From positions 64,001-128,000 of IMG/VR virus record IMGVR_UViG_3300037010_002844: a DNA stretch of 64,000 nucleotides; one strand, given 5' to 3'. A model generated the notes under the pieces. The model made no database searches. It was not told where the DNA came from and saw nothing but the letters and a program-made list of their open reading frames with translations. Made by a program: the position numbers and the translations under genes. Of this stretch, positions 17,852 through 26,091 are shown piece by piece. How positions within the stretch are numbered: the stretch's first letter is position 1; each line of letters begins with the position of its first letter. Source of the DNA: a virus.

Positions 17852-20436
17852 ATGAATCCTAACTCAACTACAGTTGAATTTACATGCGCTCGTTGTGGTC
17901 GAAACCACGAAACGCTACGAGCATTGAAGATCCACGAGGCACGACACAGGCGAGAAGACGCCAGGCCTCCCAAACAGGTGTCAACTTACGCGTGTCCGTG
18001 GTGTGAGGCGTCATATGACAGCGGGCGTAAGTTGACATTGCACTGCACAAAAACGCACCAAAAATCACCCGTCGTTGTGTATGAAACAAGGTACCCAGGG
18101 TGCAGGAAGACGTGCATCGATTGTTGCGACTGGGTCAGGTTCATCGATCAAGAAAAAGGATACCCCGAACGGTGTCCACGTTGTAGCCGAAAACACGCAT
18201 ACGCGTCCAAGGGCACCTCGTCATGGAACAAAGGCCTGACGAAAGACAATGACGAACGCATGTCAGCCAGTGCTGCAAACATGCGAGCTCACTACAAGGA
18301 ACACGGTCACCACAACTCCGACAAGACAAAGGAAAACAACGAAAGCCTTAAACAAAAGGCGGCAAAAATCAGCGACAGCCTGCGGAGGTATTATGCAACG
18401 CACAGCGGCTGGTCACTTGGCCTGACAAAGGATACGTCTAGCATCATTGAATCTCGCAGTAAGAAGATCAGCGCTTCGTTGAAAGGACGATTCTTTAGCG
18501 ACGTAACGCTTGAAAAAATGCGCAAGGCAAAGTTGCTGACGCACGACGAGGTACAAAAACGCCTCAAAGAAAAGCAGCTTAAACTCATTGACGAATATGT
18601 CGATACTGTCACCAAAGCGCGCATCGAATGCACGATATGTTCAACAATATTTGAGCGTTGCGTTGGCGCAGTGTTCAACAACGAGGCCAAGTGTCCCACC
18701 TGCTTTCCGCCTTGGTCAGACAAAACGAGCAGGTGGCAACAGGACGTCTACGCATTTATCCAGACGCTGGCACCTGACGCAGTCCTTAGCGATCGTAAGA
18801 CGCTCGGCGGAATGGAGCTCGACATACTCATTCCATCGCGCATGTTTGCCATCGAGTGCAATGGCCTATACTGGCACAGCGAGGCCGCCAATAGATTTGA
18901 GCACGATCACGCGGAAAAGAAGAGATTGCTGTCCCTCAAAGCCGGCGTATCGCTTTTCACGTTATTTGAGGATGAGTGGCGCGACAAACGACCGATAATC
19001 GAAAGCATGTTGCGCCATCGCCTTGGGTTTTCTACCAAAGTCGATGCGCGTAAGTTGAAAGCAGAACGCTGCGAGCCCGAAGAAGTTCGAGAATTCATCA
19101 ATCAGTGCCACCTCGACGGTCACGTGAGGGCCCAATTTGCCGTGCGATTGGTAACCTCATCGGGCGAAATCGTAGGCGCCTGCAGCCTTAGGTGGGCACG
19201 AAATGGGGCAGACAGAACGACGATTGAGATCGCTCGCCTGTGCTTCAAGCTTGGCACACATGTACGAGGCGGGGTGTCAAAATTGCTATCAAAGGCAAAA
19301 GCTATAGCAAGAGAAAACAATGCAGCGAGGTTGATGTCTTACTCAGACAATCGCTTGGGAGGAAACGGTTATGCCACCTCAGGCATGAAGTTCAACGGTA
19401 CCACAGTCGCTCGCTTCTGGTGGACTGACTTCATGCATCGTTACGACAGGTTCAAGTACCGAGCCAACAAGAAGCAAGGTCTAACAGAAAAACAGGTAGC
19501 GGAGGCTGCCGGCGTTTATCGCATCTATGGCTGTAGCAACTCTCGCTACGTCTTAGACGTCACAGCGTGACGCTAATGTCATCGTCAAACTTTGAGGACG
19601 CATTTTCTTTGAGCCAGAAGATGGCGTCAATTGTGCGCTCGTCGGCGTCGGCGTCATCGCACGACGTAGCCCCATAGTATGGGGGCCAAATCGTGCTCAA
19701 ACCCTTTAACGCGCAGTTTGACCTGACAATCTTGAAATTCAGGATTTTCTGCAGCTCTCGTCTGAGCTATTCTTTCCAGGCCAGACACTATCACATCATC
19801 TGCTCGGCAGAATCGCCGTTGTCTGTAAGCTGCACCGCATCAACGTTGCTCGGACACGGTCCCAACTCCAGCTCAAATTTCATAGTTGCGCTCGCTGTGG
19901 TCTGTTCTTCTCTTAGACGCGCACCAATCGCTGCAAAAATTGTCTCCTTCGCCACACGCAAGGAACGTGCCAGGAATGACGCCCATGCAATAACCGACGT
20001 CATGTGATGGATCACCTCCACTTAGAATGGACGTATTGAACGGTACCACGTGGAATCTGTGATCGTCTTCAACAGTCAGGTCGACGTATCTAGCGTTGGA
20101 AGAGCCCCAACCACCGTGCTCGATCGATACGACCTCAACGCTGCCGCATGATGCCATCAATTCATCTCCGACCTTAAGGTCGCGGCAGTACACGATGACG
20201 CCGTCAGCTCTGACAAATTTGTGACCGGGCACCACCAAAATGTGGCCCAACGTACCATCATTGGCCCTAACTCTGACCCAGACAGCGTCCTCGAATGGCC
20301 GCAAATTTCTAGCATAGGTCGCAGTTACTGCGTGTGGCATTCCATCGCCTCCCAGGACGACGTCGCCGACAATGATGTCAACAGCTCGCTTATGAGTGCC
20401 GTCTGTCATGACGACAAGATGGTCCTCGTGGACGCA
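17798..20436 (-). mobile_element. split-intein site 3 (C|D): long IntN with blocks A/B/F (19876..20436), HE2 on the opposite strand (17837..19570), 18-aa IntC carrying block G only (17798..17851)
   Basis: The IntN tail ...YVDLTVEDDHRFHV plus the IntC head SFLASNKSVVVHN|T together reconstruct a contiguous F-G block (compare HNFVANDVVVHN of piece F). Confidence 0.55.
17837..19570 (+). CDS. free-standing homing endonuclease HE2 (opposite strand to dnaE): Zn-finger + NUMOD3 repeats + Vsr-like nuclease + conserved C-terminal domain
   Basis: CARCGRNHETLRALKIHEARH; NUMOD3 repeats (WNKGLTKDNDERMSASAANMRAHYKEHGHHNSDKTKENNESLKQKAAKISDSL...); nuclease core RMFAIECNGLYWHSE; C-terminal domain homologous to that of HE3 (ARKLKA...HLDGH...VRGGVSKL...RFWWTD...DRF). 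Confidence 0.8.
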   Translation: MNDHHMNPNSTTVEFTCARCGRNHETLRALKIHEARHRREDARPPKQVSTYACPWCEASYDSGRKLTLHCTKTHQKSPVVVYETRYPGCRKTCIDCCDWVRFIDQEKGYPERCPRCSRKHAYASKGTSSWNKGLTKDNDERMSASAANMRAHYKEHGHHNSDKTKENNESLKQKAAKISDSLRRYYATHSGWSLGLTKDTSSIIESRSKKISASLKGRFFSDVTLEKMRKAKLLTHDEVQKRLKEKQLKLIDEYVDTVTKARIECTICSTIFERCVGAVFNNEAKCPTCFPPWSDKTSRWQQDVYAFIQTLAPDAVLSDRKTLGGMELDILIPSRMFAIECNGLYWHSEAANRFEHDHAEKKRLLSLKAGVSLFTLFEDEWRDKRPIIESMLRHRLGFSTKVDARKLKAERCEPEEVREFINQCHLDGHVRAQFAVRLVTSSGEIVGACSLRWARNGADRTTIEIARLCFKLGTHVRGGVSKLLSKAKAIARENNAARLMSYSDNRLGGNGYATSGMKFNGTTVARFWWTDFMHRYDRFKYRANKKQGLTEKQVAEAAGVYRIYGCSNSRYVLDVTA

Positions 20437-20610
20437 GTCGATATCAGGAGCACCAGAGTTATGTGTCAGCACCCAATCGCTATCGTTGTTGGACACCCAA
20501 AACGTATGCTGGCCTTCGACCTCGATGTCGATGAGTTCTACACTTTCATCGACAACCTCGATAGCTTCAATTTTGGCCGTGCTTGCTGATGAGATGTTGG
20601 GTTCCTGCAT
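19873..20610 (-). CDS. dnaE: DnaE piece C: IntC (20458..20610) + 7-aa extein SGAPDID (20437..20457) + long IntN carrying blocks A, B and F (19876..20436)
   Basis: IntC ...ELIDIEVEGQHTFWVSNNDSDWVLTHN; extein SGAPDID (DnaE 'SMPDIDIDF'); then CVHEDHLVVMTDG...GDVVL (block A), TLGHILVVPGHKF (B), ARYVDLTVEDDHRFHV (F-like), then a ~55-aa tail. Confidence 0.75.
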   Translation of the reverse strand: MQEPNISSASTAKIEAIEVVDESVELIDIEVEGQHTFWVSNNDSDWVLTHNSGAPDIDCVHEDHLVVMTDGTHKRAVDIIVGDVVLGGDGMPHAVTATYARNLRPFEDAVWVRVRANDGTLGHILVVPGHKFVRADGVIVYCRDLKVGDELMASCGSVEVVSIEHGGWGSSNARYVDLTVEDDHRFHVVPFNTSILSGGDPSHDVGYCMGVIPGTFLACGEGDNFCSDWCASKRRTDHSERNYEI

Positions 20611-21788
20611 AGTCCCTGTGCTCTAGATTGGCAATCGTATGGTACAAACCTTGTCGACGAAGTTCACCATAGAAGTCATTCATGTACACGACGTCGATGC
20701 GCTGACCAGACGCCACAACGACTTCCCGTGAACGTGCGTTTGAGTTAAGCAACTTTGAGAAACGCGATTTGCCTTCTCGCACACCTTTCAACTCCACGTA
20801 TCGGTCCTCATCACTGAACCAAAAGTCTGGAGTGTAACACTTCTCTTTGCCATCGATGACAACATGGAAAGACCTATGTTCATAGAATGGCATCTTACCG
20901 AGGTGCAAGCAATATCTGTAGTAGTCGGCTTCGAACGAGCTCTTGAAGTACGGGCTGTTTAGGATGTCGGAACGAAAACACGAGCGTCCGTTCACATGTG
21001 AAGCAACCATATCACGTGACTGTGCCTCGCGGGTGCACCGTTTGGAACAGAACCGCGGCACGTAGCTCTTCTTGGTGACGATCGGTTCGCTACAAACTTC
21101 GCATACCAACGTGTGGCGGTCAAACCTCGATGCAGCGAAACATTTGGGTGAACAGAACCTGCGATTGACGTTCTTCGTTGAGAAAGTGCCTAGACACTGT
21201 ACACATGTCAGTGTACGGAGCTCATTCTTTGTCAGCGCTTTCGCAGTGTACTTGTGCCTGCACGCATTCGAACATAGTTTTCTGTTGTTGTGACACTTTG
21301 GAACGTAGAACTCATCGCCGTACTCGACGCACGTCTTCACAAGCCTCGAGGGCATGGGAGCGTGTGACATCAGCTTCCTGTGAGCGACGGCACACTCATC
21401 AGTGCAGTACGGGCGATGGAGCCTACTACCAGAACCCTTGCAGTTGGGCTCATAGTTGAACTGAAACATAATACCACAGTGTTTACACTGTTTCTCAATG
21501 ATGCTCATAGTGGTACGTGTACAGCTCGTCACTCGTCGACAGCTCAGATGTATACTTCTTCACAGGTTGTCCATCAGGACCCACTGTCAACCACACATGA
21601 TTTTCAGAACACGTGAACGTAGTACCATTCACCTTCACGCGGTACGTCTTCTCATGTTTTGTGGTCATGGTGAACGTAACTTTACGGTGTGAGCCATCCT
21701 GTGAGACAACGCTGTCACCGACTTTCACGTCTCGAAGCGCGGACGACGAACCATCTGACATCAATACCTTTGTGTCTGGCGACAGACA
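20458..21788 (-). mobile_element. split-intein site 2 (B|C): IntN 21498..21788, HE1 20567..21532, IntC 20458..20610
   Basis: As above; the HE gene overlaps both intein halves in other frames. Confidence 0.75.
20567..21532 (-). CDS. free-standing homing endonuclease HE1: tandem zinc-ribbon array + C-terminal mini PD-(D/E)XK nuclease
   Basis: At least six CxxC pairs ([40 protein letters not shown]). C-terminus [37 protein letters not shown] is a D...E.K nuclease motif shared with ORFs 23817..24137 and 14383..14772. Both gene ends overlap the intein halves of pieces B and C. Confidence 0.65.
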   Translation of the reverse strand: MTSCTRTTMSIIEKQCKHCGIMFQFNYEPNCKGSGSRLHRPYCTDECAVAHRKLMSHAPMPSRLVKTCVEYGDEFYVPKCHNNRKLCSNACRHKYTAKALTKNELRTLTCVQCLGTFSTKNVNRRFCSPKCFAASRFDRHTLVCEVCSEPIVTKKSYVPRFCSKRCTREAQSRDMVASHVNGRSCFRSDILNSPYFKSSFEADYYRYCLHLGKMPFYEHRSFHVVIDGKEKCYTPDFWFSDEDRYVELKGVREGKSRFSKLLNSNARSREVVVASGQRIDVVYMNDFYGELRRQGLYHTIANLEHRDYAGTQHLISKHGQN

Positions 21789-21992
21789 CCTGTGAACGCT
21801 AAGGAATCGCGCGAAAGGCAGGTCCCAGAACAACGGGTCCAAGTCGGTGATGTATAGGACGTAGGCGACCAGAGAGCCACCGCCCGAATTGTGGACTGCA
21901 ATACCTTCCACGTTGTAAGTGTGGCTGTTTTCCACACACAGGTCTACGACCTCACCCTTATACGGTACGACAGTCTTACTTCTGAGCTTCAT
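21495..21992 (-). CDS. dnaE: DnaE piece B: IntC (21888..21992) + 33-aa extein (21789..21887) + IntN (21498..21788)
   Basis: Int[36 protein letters not shown]; extein [33 protein letters not shown] (DnaE: GSGAGSLVAYALGITDIDPL.YDLLFERFLNPER); Int[14 protein letters not shown]...CSENHVWLT. Confidence 0.85.
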   Translation of the reverse strand: MKLRSKTVVPYKGEVVDLCVENSHTYNVEGIAVHNSGGGSLVAYVLYITDLDPLFWDLPFARFLSVHRCLSPDTKVLMSDGSSSALRDVKVGDSVVSQDGSHRKVTFTMTTKHEKTYRVKVNGTTFTCSENHVWLTVGPDGQPVKKYTSELSTSDELYTYHYEHH

Positions 21993-22352
21993 GATATGCG
22001 TTCGCTCTCTTCATGTAAGCCTTGAGATCCCTGTCTAATAGACATTTGACGAGGATCAGGTAAACTTAGTTGAGTTTCATTCAACCTCGATTAGGTCATC
22101 ATCTTCAGTCAAGTGTTGTGCTTCAATCCACCCACGATTCTTCGTCAGAAACTTATGCTCCTTGGTGCACCTGATCTTCTTACCGTCATCAAACTCGAGT
22201 TCTAGCAGCTCCTCATCAACCTGATACCTGAAGATCTGAGTCACCATCTGATCAACACCATATGCATCCTTGATAACGTCGCCCACCTTGATGGTGCCAA
22301 TGGGAGCATGCATGCCGTCAGCCATTAGAACCCGCGTCTCAGGAACGAAACA
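21888..22352 (-). mobile_element. split-intein site 1 (A|B): IntN 22080..22352, 84-nt spacer with no HE, IntC 21888..21992
   Basis: Hint blocks A/B in IntN, F/G (..VHN|S) in IntC; the halves sit in separate ORFs with their own stop and start codons. Confidence 0.75.
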
Positions 22353-23762
22353 ACCGCGGGCTGGGCCGGTAAGGCACACATTGCGTGCCAGCTCCATGAT
22401 CTTCTGGTAGGAAATGAAGTAGTCAGAGTTTTTCATCACCTTAATGACGCCGAGTTCCTCCTTGAGGCGCGCGATATACTCTGGCTTGTCTTGAAGACCA
22501 CGCTTCACCATGCCCACCTTACAAAGCGAGATGAGGTGATTGAACGAGGTCGTGCCTTCGGGCACCAACAACCTCGTCGGAAACTTGGGCGAACGATCGG
22601 GTGGAATCTCCCCGATGACACTGTGTGCGATATCGTGAGTCCGCTCAATGGCGTCACAGACGACTTCATCGTCATACCAGTCGGTGCCTTCCTTGGAGCG
22701 CTGGTACTCATCCCACATCTGTTGGGCGTTCTTCGGATAGAGCTCACACTTCAGCTCATCCTTCGACTTCGGAATCGCGTCAGGATTGATCTCCTGGTAG
22801 TTCATCCAACCCAGGCGCTTGTAGAGCTCACGGTCCTTCCAACGATCGGGATTATAGTAGTGAGCATCGCCGGTGACGATCAGCTGCTTGTTGAGCCCAT
22901 TGCGACGAGCGAACTCCAGGATCGCGCGGTTGACGAGGTTCTGCGCCGGTAGGCGATTGAACTGCAGCTCGAGGAAGTAGTTTCCTTCGCCGACTGCATC
23001 GACCATGTGCTGGTAGGTATTGCCCACCGCGACAACGCATTTCTCGAGCAGCACAGGGTCACTGAGCAACCGTGCGTCGAGCTCGTCAAACTTGTACTGT
23101 TGGATTTCCTGGAATATGGAGTACGCCGGCATGCCGCCGATACAAGCGCTGCTGACGATGATGTCGCCGCCTTTGGCTGCCTCTTTGAGGACAGCATGGT
23201 CAATGCGCGGGAACTTGTAGAAGCCCTTCAAGAATCCCTTCGAACATGCTGCGAAGATCGCCAACAGGCCCTTCTGGTTCTTGGGCAGAATGACTAGGTG
23301 ATGCCGTCGGTTGACGGGATTGAAGTGTTTGGTCGATTTGGACTCTTCCTCGTTTTCGACAGTCAAGGCGTTGGACATCTCAATGTCCTCAGTCTCATCA
23401 TTTTCATCGATGGTGGCGATGATCTTGGTCTGCAGCTTTTCCTGCTCCTTAGCAAGCTTGGCCGCAACCCTCCTGTCTCCCTTCGCCTGCTCTGCGAGTT
23501 CGACGTCCTTCTTCCATTGCTCCAGGTCGGGATGGTAGTACGCCTCGACGCCGGGAATGTACTTGAACGACTTTCCCTTATTGGCCTTGGCCCACTCCTC
23601 GACCCACAGTTGAGCGTGGGCATAGGAGTTCATGTTCCCGTGCTCGGTGATGGCATGGCCATCGAGCCCGTTCTCCATGCACCACTTGAAGTGTTCATCG
23701 GGATAGCCCAAACCATCGAAGGGCGCATTACGAGAAGCCCGTGTGGTTGTGCAAACCGACAA
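22077..23762 (-). CDS. dnaE: DnaE piece A: PHP-domain N-terminal extein (22353..23762) + IntN (22080..22352)
   Basis: PHP motif ...GLDGHAITEHGNMNSYAHAQLW...KYIPGVEAYY; extein ends ...VCLTGPARG (DnaE 'GPGRGSAAGS'); IntN CFVPETRVLMADG...CTKEHKFLTKNRGWIEAQHLTEDDDLIEVE. Confidence 0.9.
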   Translation of the reverse strand: MSVCTTTRASRNAPFDGLGYPDEHFKWCMENGLDGHAITEHGNMNSYAHAQLWVEEWAKANKGKSFKYIPGVEAYYHPDLEQWKKDVELAEQAKGDRRVAAKLAKEQEKLQTKIIATIDENDETEDIEMSNALTVENEEESKSTKHFNPVNRRHHLVILPKNQKGLLAIFAACSKGFLKGFYKFPRIDHAVLKEAAKGGDIIVSSACIGGMPAYSIFQEIQQYKFDELDARLLSDPVLLEKCVVAVGNTYQHMVDAVGEGNYFLELQFNRLPAQNLVNRAILEFARRNGLNKQLIVTGDAHYYNPDRWKDRELYKRLGWMNYQEINPDAIPKSKDELKCELYPKNAQQMWDEYQRSKEGTDWYDDEVVCDAIERTHDIAHSVIGEIPPDRSPKFPTRLLVPEGTTSFNHLISLCKVGMVKRGLQDKPEYIARLKEELGVIKVMKNSDYFISYQKIMELARNVCLTGPARGCFVPETRVLMADGMHAPIGTIKVGDVIKDAYGVDQMVTQIFRYQVDEELLELEFDDGKKIRCTKEHKFLTKNRGWIEAQHLTEDDDLIEVE

Positions 23763-23816
23763 ATCGTCGGGGCACTCGCACCGAGCTTCCCTTGGCGTCC
23801 TCCTTTCCTTGCTGCG

Positions 23817-24137
23817 TCATTTACCTTCCCACCTTACCTTGTCACGGTACTGTAGACCCAATTGACGGTACTGGACACCGTCAATGACCACGATAGTCAC
23901 TTCAGGAAACTTGATTCGCATCAGTGCAAGCTGATAGCACGCCTTGTCAGACCACCTTCCCTTAATTTCGTAGTACACGCTTTCATCGTGAACGAAAATC
24001 TGGTGTGTACCAAGCCGGCCATGTCGGCGATCTGCGGCAACGTGGCCATACCAATGGGTATCAGCACGCGGAGCCACTTGGGCAGCTTGTTCCAGGTGGG
24101 CTTCAGCTGGGTGACGAGCTATGAAACAACGATGCAA
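23817..24137 (-). CDS. mini PD-(D/E)XK nuclease-like protein (106 aa), intact paralog of 14383..14772 and of the HE1 C-terminus
   Basis: ...HQIFVHDESVYYEIKGRWSDKACYQLALM; D..(Y)YE(I)KG motif. Confidence 0.5.
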   Translation of the reverse strand: MHRCFIARHPAEAHLEQAAQVAPRADTHWYGHVAADRRHGRLGTHQIFVHDESVYYEIKGRWSDKACYQLALMRIKFPEVTIVVIDGVQYRQLGLQYRDKVRWEGK

Positions 24138-24211
24138 CCAGCGGCAACCTCGGCAGCAATGTCTGCAAGAACCATGTCGTCATGGTAAACCGGAAGCGAT
24201 CAGTTTTACAT

Positions 24212-25234
24212 CTAGGCGATGACCTTCCGGAAGTAATCGATGGAACGTTTGAGGCCTTCTGCGAGCTGCACCTTGGGCTCCCACCCTAGACGATTCTGGG
24301 CTTGGGTGATGTCGGGCCGACGCTGCGTCGGGTCATCGACAGGCAGCGGTTTGTAGTCAAACCAACGGGCCACATCGCGGTGAGGTGCCTCGCGCCCACC
24401 GTAGATTTGGTGAATGACCTCCTTCGCCAACTGATTCATCGTGAACTCGTGCGGGTTGCCGAGGTTGATGGGCATCCGCGGGTTGTTGCCCAGATCGCCC
24501 AAGGTCACAATGCCTTTGATCAGGTCGTCCACGTAACAAAAGCTACGTGTCTGTTGACCGTCACCGTAGATCGTCAACTTCTCGCCCTTCAAGGCCTGGA
24601 CGATGAAATTGCTGACGACCCGGCCATCGTATGGGTCCATGTGCGGACCGTAGGTGTTGAAGATCCGGACCATGCGAGCGTCGACACCGTGGGTATGTAG
24701 GTAGTCATAGCACAGGGCCTCTGCCGCACGTTTTCCCTCGTCGTAACAGGCTCTGGGCCCGTAGGAGTTGACGCGACCTCGGTATGACTCGACCTGCGGC
24801 GAACTCTCGGGATCACCATAGACCTCAGAAGTCGAAGCGTGGACCACGATCGATCCATGCGATGCCGCCAGTTCCAGGACGTTCTGGACGCCTAGCGTAC
24901 AGGTCATCATGGTCTCCACGGGCATGCGCTGGTAGATGGGCGGCGATGCTGGGCAGGCGAAGTTGTAGATGATGTCGAAGCGTACCGAGTGCATCGACCC
25001 GGTGTCGTAATCGTGAATCACGCGACTAAAGCGACTGTCTCCATGGACGTCAGCGATATCGCAGTACATCAACGTCGCCAGCGGAAACTTCTTGATCTCA
25101 TCGACCTGAATCGACTCCGGCTTCGACGAACAGAAATTGTCGAGGCCGAGGACCTTGTCACCCGCCCTCAAGTGATGTAGCATCAAGTGCGAACCCAGAA
25201 AACCAGCGGCTCCCGTGACGAGGACAGTCTTCAT
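24212..25234 (-). CDS. UDP-glucuronate decarboxylase (UDP-xylose synthase, UXS-type SDR)
   Basis: VLVTGAAGFLGSHL; ASTSEVYGDPE; GPRACYDEGKRAAE; RIFNTYGP; GRVVSNFIVQALKGEKLTIYGDGQQTRSFCYVDDL. This is near-collinear with eukaryotic/bacterial UXS (ASTSEVYGDPE..GPRACYDEGKRVAE..RIFNTFGP..GRVVSNFILQAL.GE.LTVYG.GSQTRAF.YVSDL). Confidence 0.85.
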   Translation of the reverse strand: MKTVLVTGAAGFLGSHLMLHHLRAGDKVLGLDNFCSSKPESIQVDEIKKFPLATLMYCDIADVHGDSRFSRVIHDYDTGSMHSVRFDIIYNFACPASPPIYQRMPVETMMTCTLGVQNVLELAASHGSIVVHASTSEVYGDPESSPQVESYRGRVNSYGPRACYDEGKRAAEALCYDYLHTHGVDARMVRIFNTYGPHMDPYDGRVVSNFIVQALKGEKLTIYGDGQQTRSFCYVDDLIKGIVTLGDLGNNPRMPINLGNPHEFTMNQLAKEVIHQIYGGREAPHRDVARWFDYKPLPVDDPTQRRPDITQAQNRLGWEPKVQLAEGLKRSIDYFRKVIA

Positions 25235-25243
25235 GCGTCCATT

Positions 25244-25585
25244 CTATCCAATCGTCACGTGCTCTACACTGCCTTTACGCGGGTAGCTTTCGAGATACGC
25301 AATCAACAAGCGTCTTGACACGGGCTCCCAATCAATGCCGGCGCTTCCGCGAGACATTTCGTCGAACCAAAACTGAAAGACGTCGGAGACCATTTGAACC
25401 GCAATGGGCGTTGCTTCCTCGGCATCTGCGAGTTGAAAACCCGCCTCGTTGAAGCGCGCCAGGATTGACAACGCCTCACTCTCGTACTCGTCATCGTGCG
25501 GAGAGTGAAGACCCATCGGATCGACCTCGTAGAGGATTGTAGCCATCTCAATGAGGAGTTCTGCTTTGCTCTTCGCCTTGTCCAT
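25244..25585 (-). CDS. hypothetical protein (113 aa)
   Basis: ORF with coding-like composition. Confidence 0.4.
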   Translation of the reverse strand: MDKAKSKAELLIEMATILYEVDPMGLHSPHDDEYESEALSILARFNEAGFQLADAEEATPIAVQMVSDVFQFWFDEMSRGSAGIDWEPVSRRLLIAYLESYPRKGSVEHVTIG

Positions 25586-25621
25586 GCCCTCAATGTAACA
25601 CAGGAAGCGATATTTAGTTCA

Positions 25622-26038
25622 ATGAAGAAGCAACAGTTCGATGAGACAGCGCGCCGCATGTTCAAAATCCTAGTTGAACGCTTCGGCGAGCCCATCGGTG
25701 ATGCGCCCGCAGTCCCAGGCGTCCCAGACGAGAGAAACGAGGCGCTCGAGGCCGGCGGTTTCCCGACCTGTCCTGAGTGTGGAGGTCAGTACGCAATTGA
25801 GACCGACGTGCCGGGCGAGTTGCTGTGCCACGATTGCGGCGCAACTTATACGCCTGATGTGAACGAGGCCAAGAAGCGCAATGGCCCATCAAAGAAGGCC
25901 GCAAAGTCTTGGATCAATGGAACCAAGAAGTTCAAGGACAAGGTCACCAAGGCGAAGAAGGCTGGCGCCAAAAATCCTGAGGGACTCGCGGCCTGGATGC
26001 AACACAAGGCAACCGGCAAATGGCCTTCGGCCAAGTGA
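25622..26038 (+). CDS. zinc-ribbon protein with a Lys-rich C-terminal tail (~138 aa from internal Met)
   Basis: CPECGG...(16 aa)...CHDCG; the KKAAKSW...KKFKDKVTKAKKAGAK tail suggests nucleic-acid binding. The first 42 codons of track ORF 25496..26038 overlap a minus-strand gene. Confidence 0.5.
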   Translation: MKKQQFDETARRMFKILVERFGEPIGDAPAVPGVPDERNEALEAGGFPTCPECGGQYAIETDVPGELLCHDCGATYTPDVNEAKKRNGPSKKAAKSWINGTKKFKDKVTKAKKAGAKNPEGLAAWMQHKATGKWPSAK

Positions 26039-26091
26039 TGGCCACAGCCACGACATTCTTTTGAATATTCTACGGGCCTTTGAATGACCGC

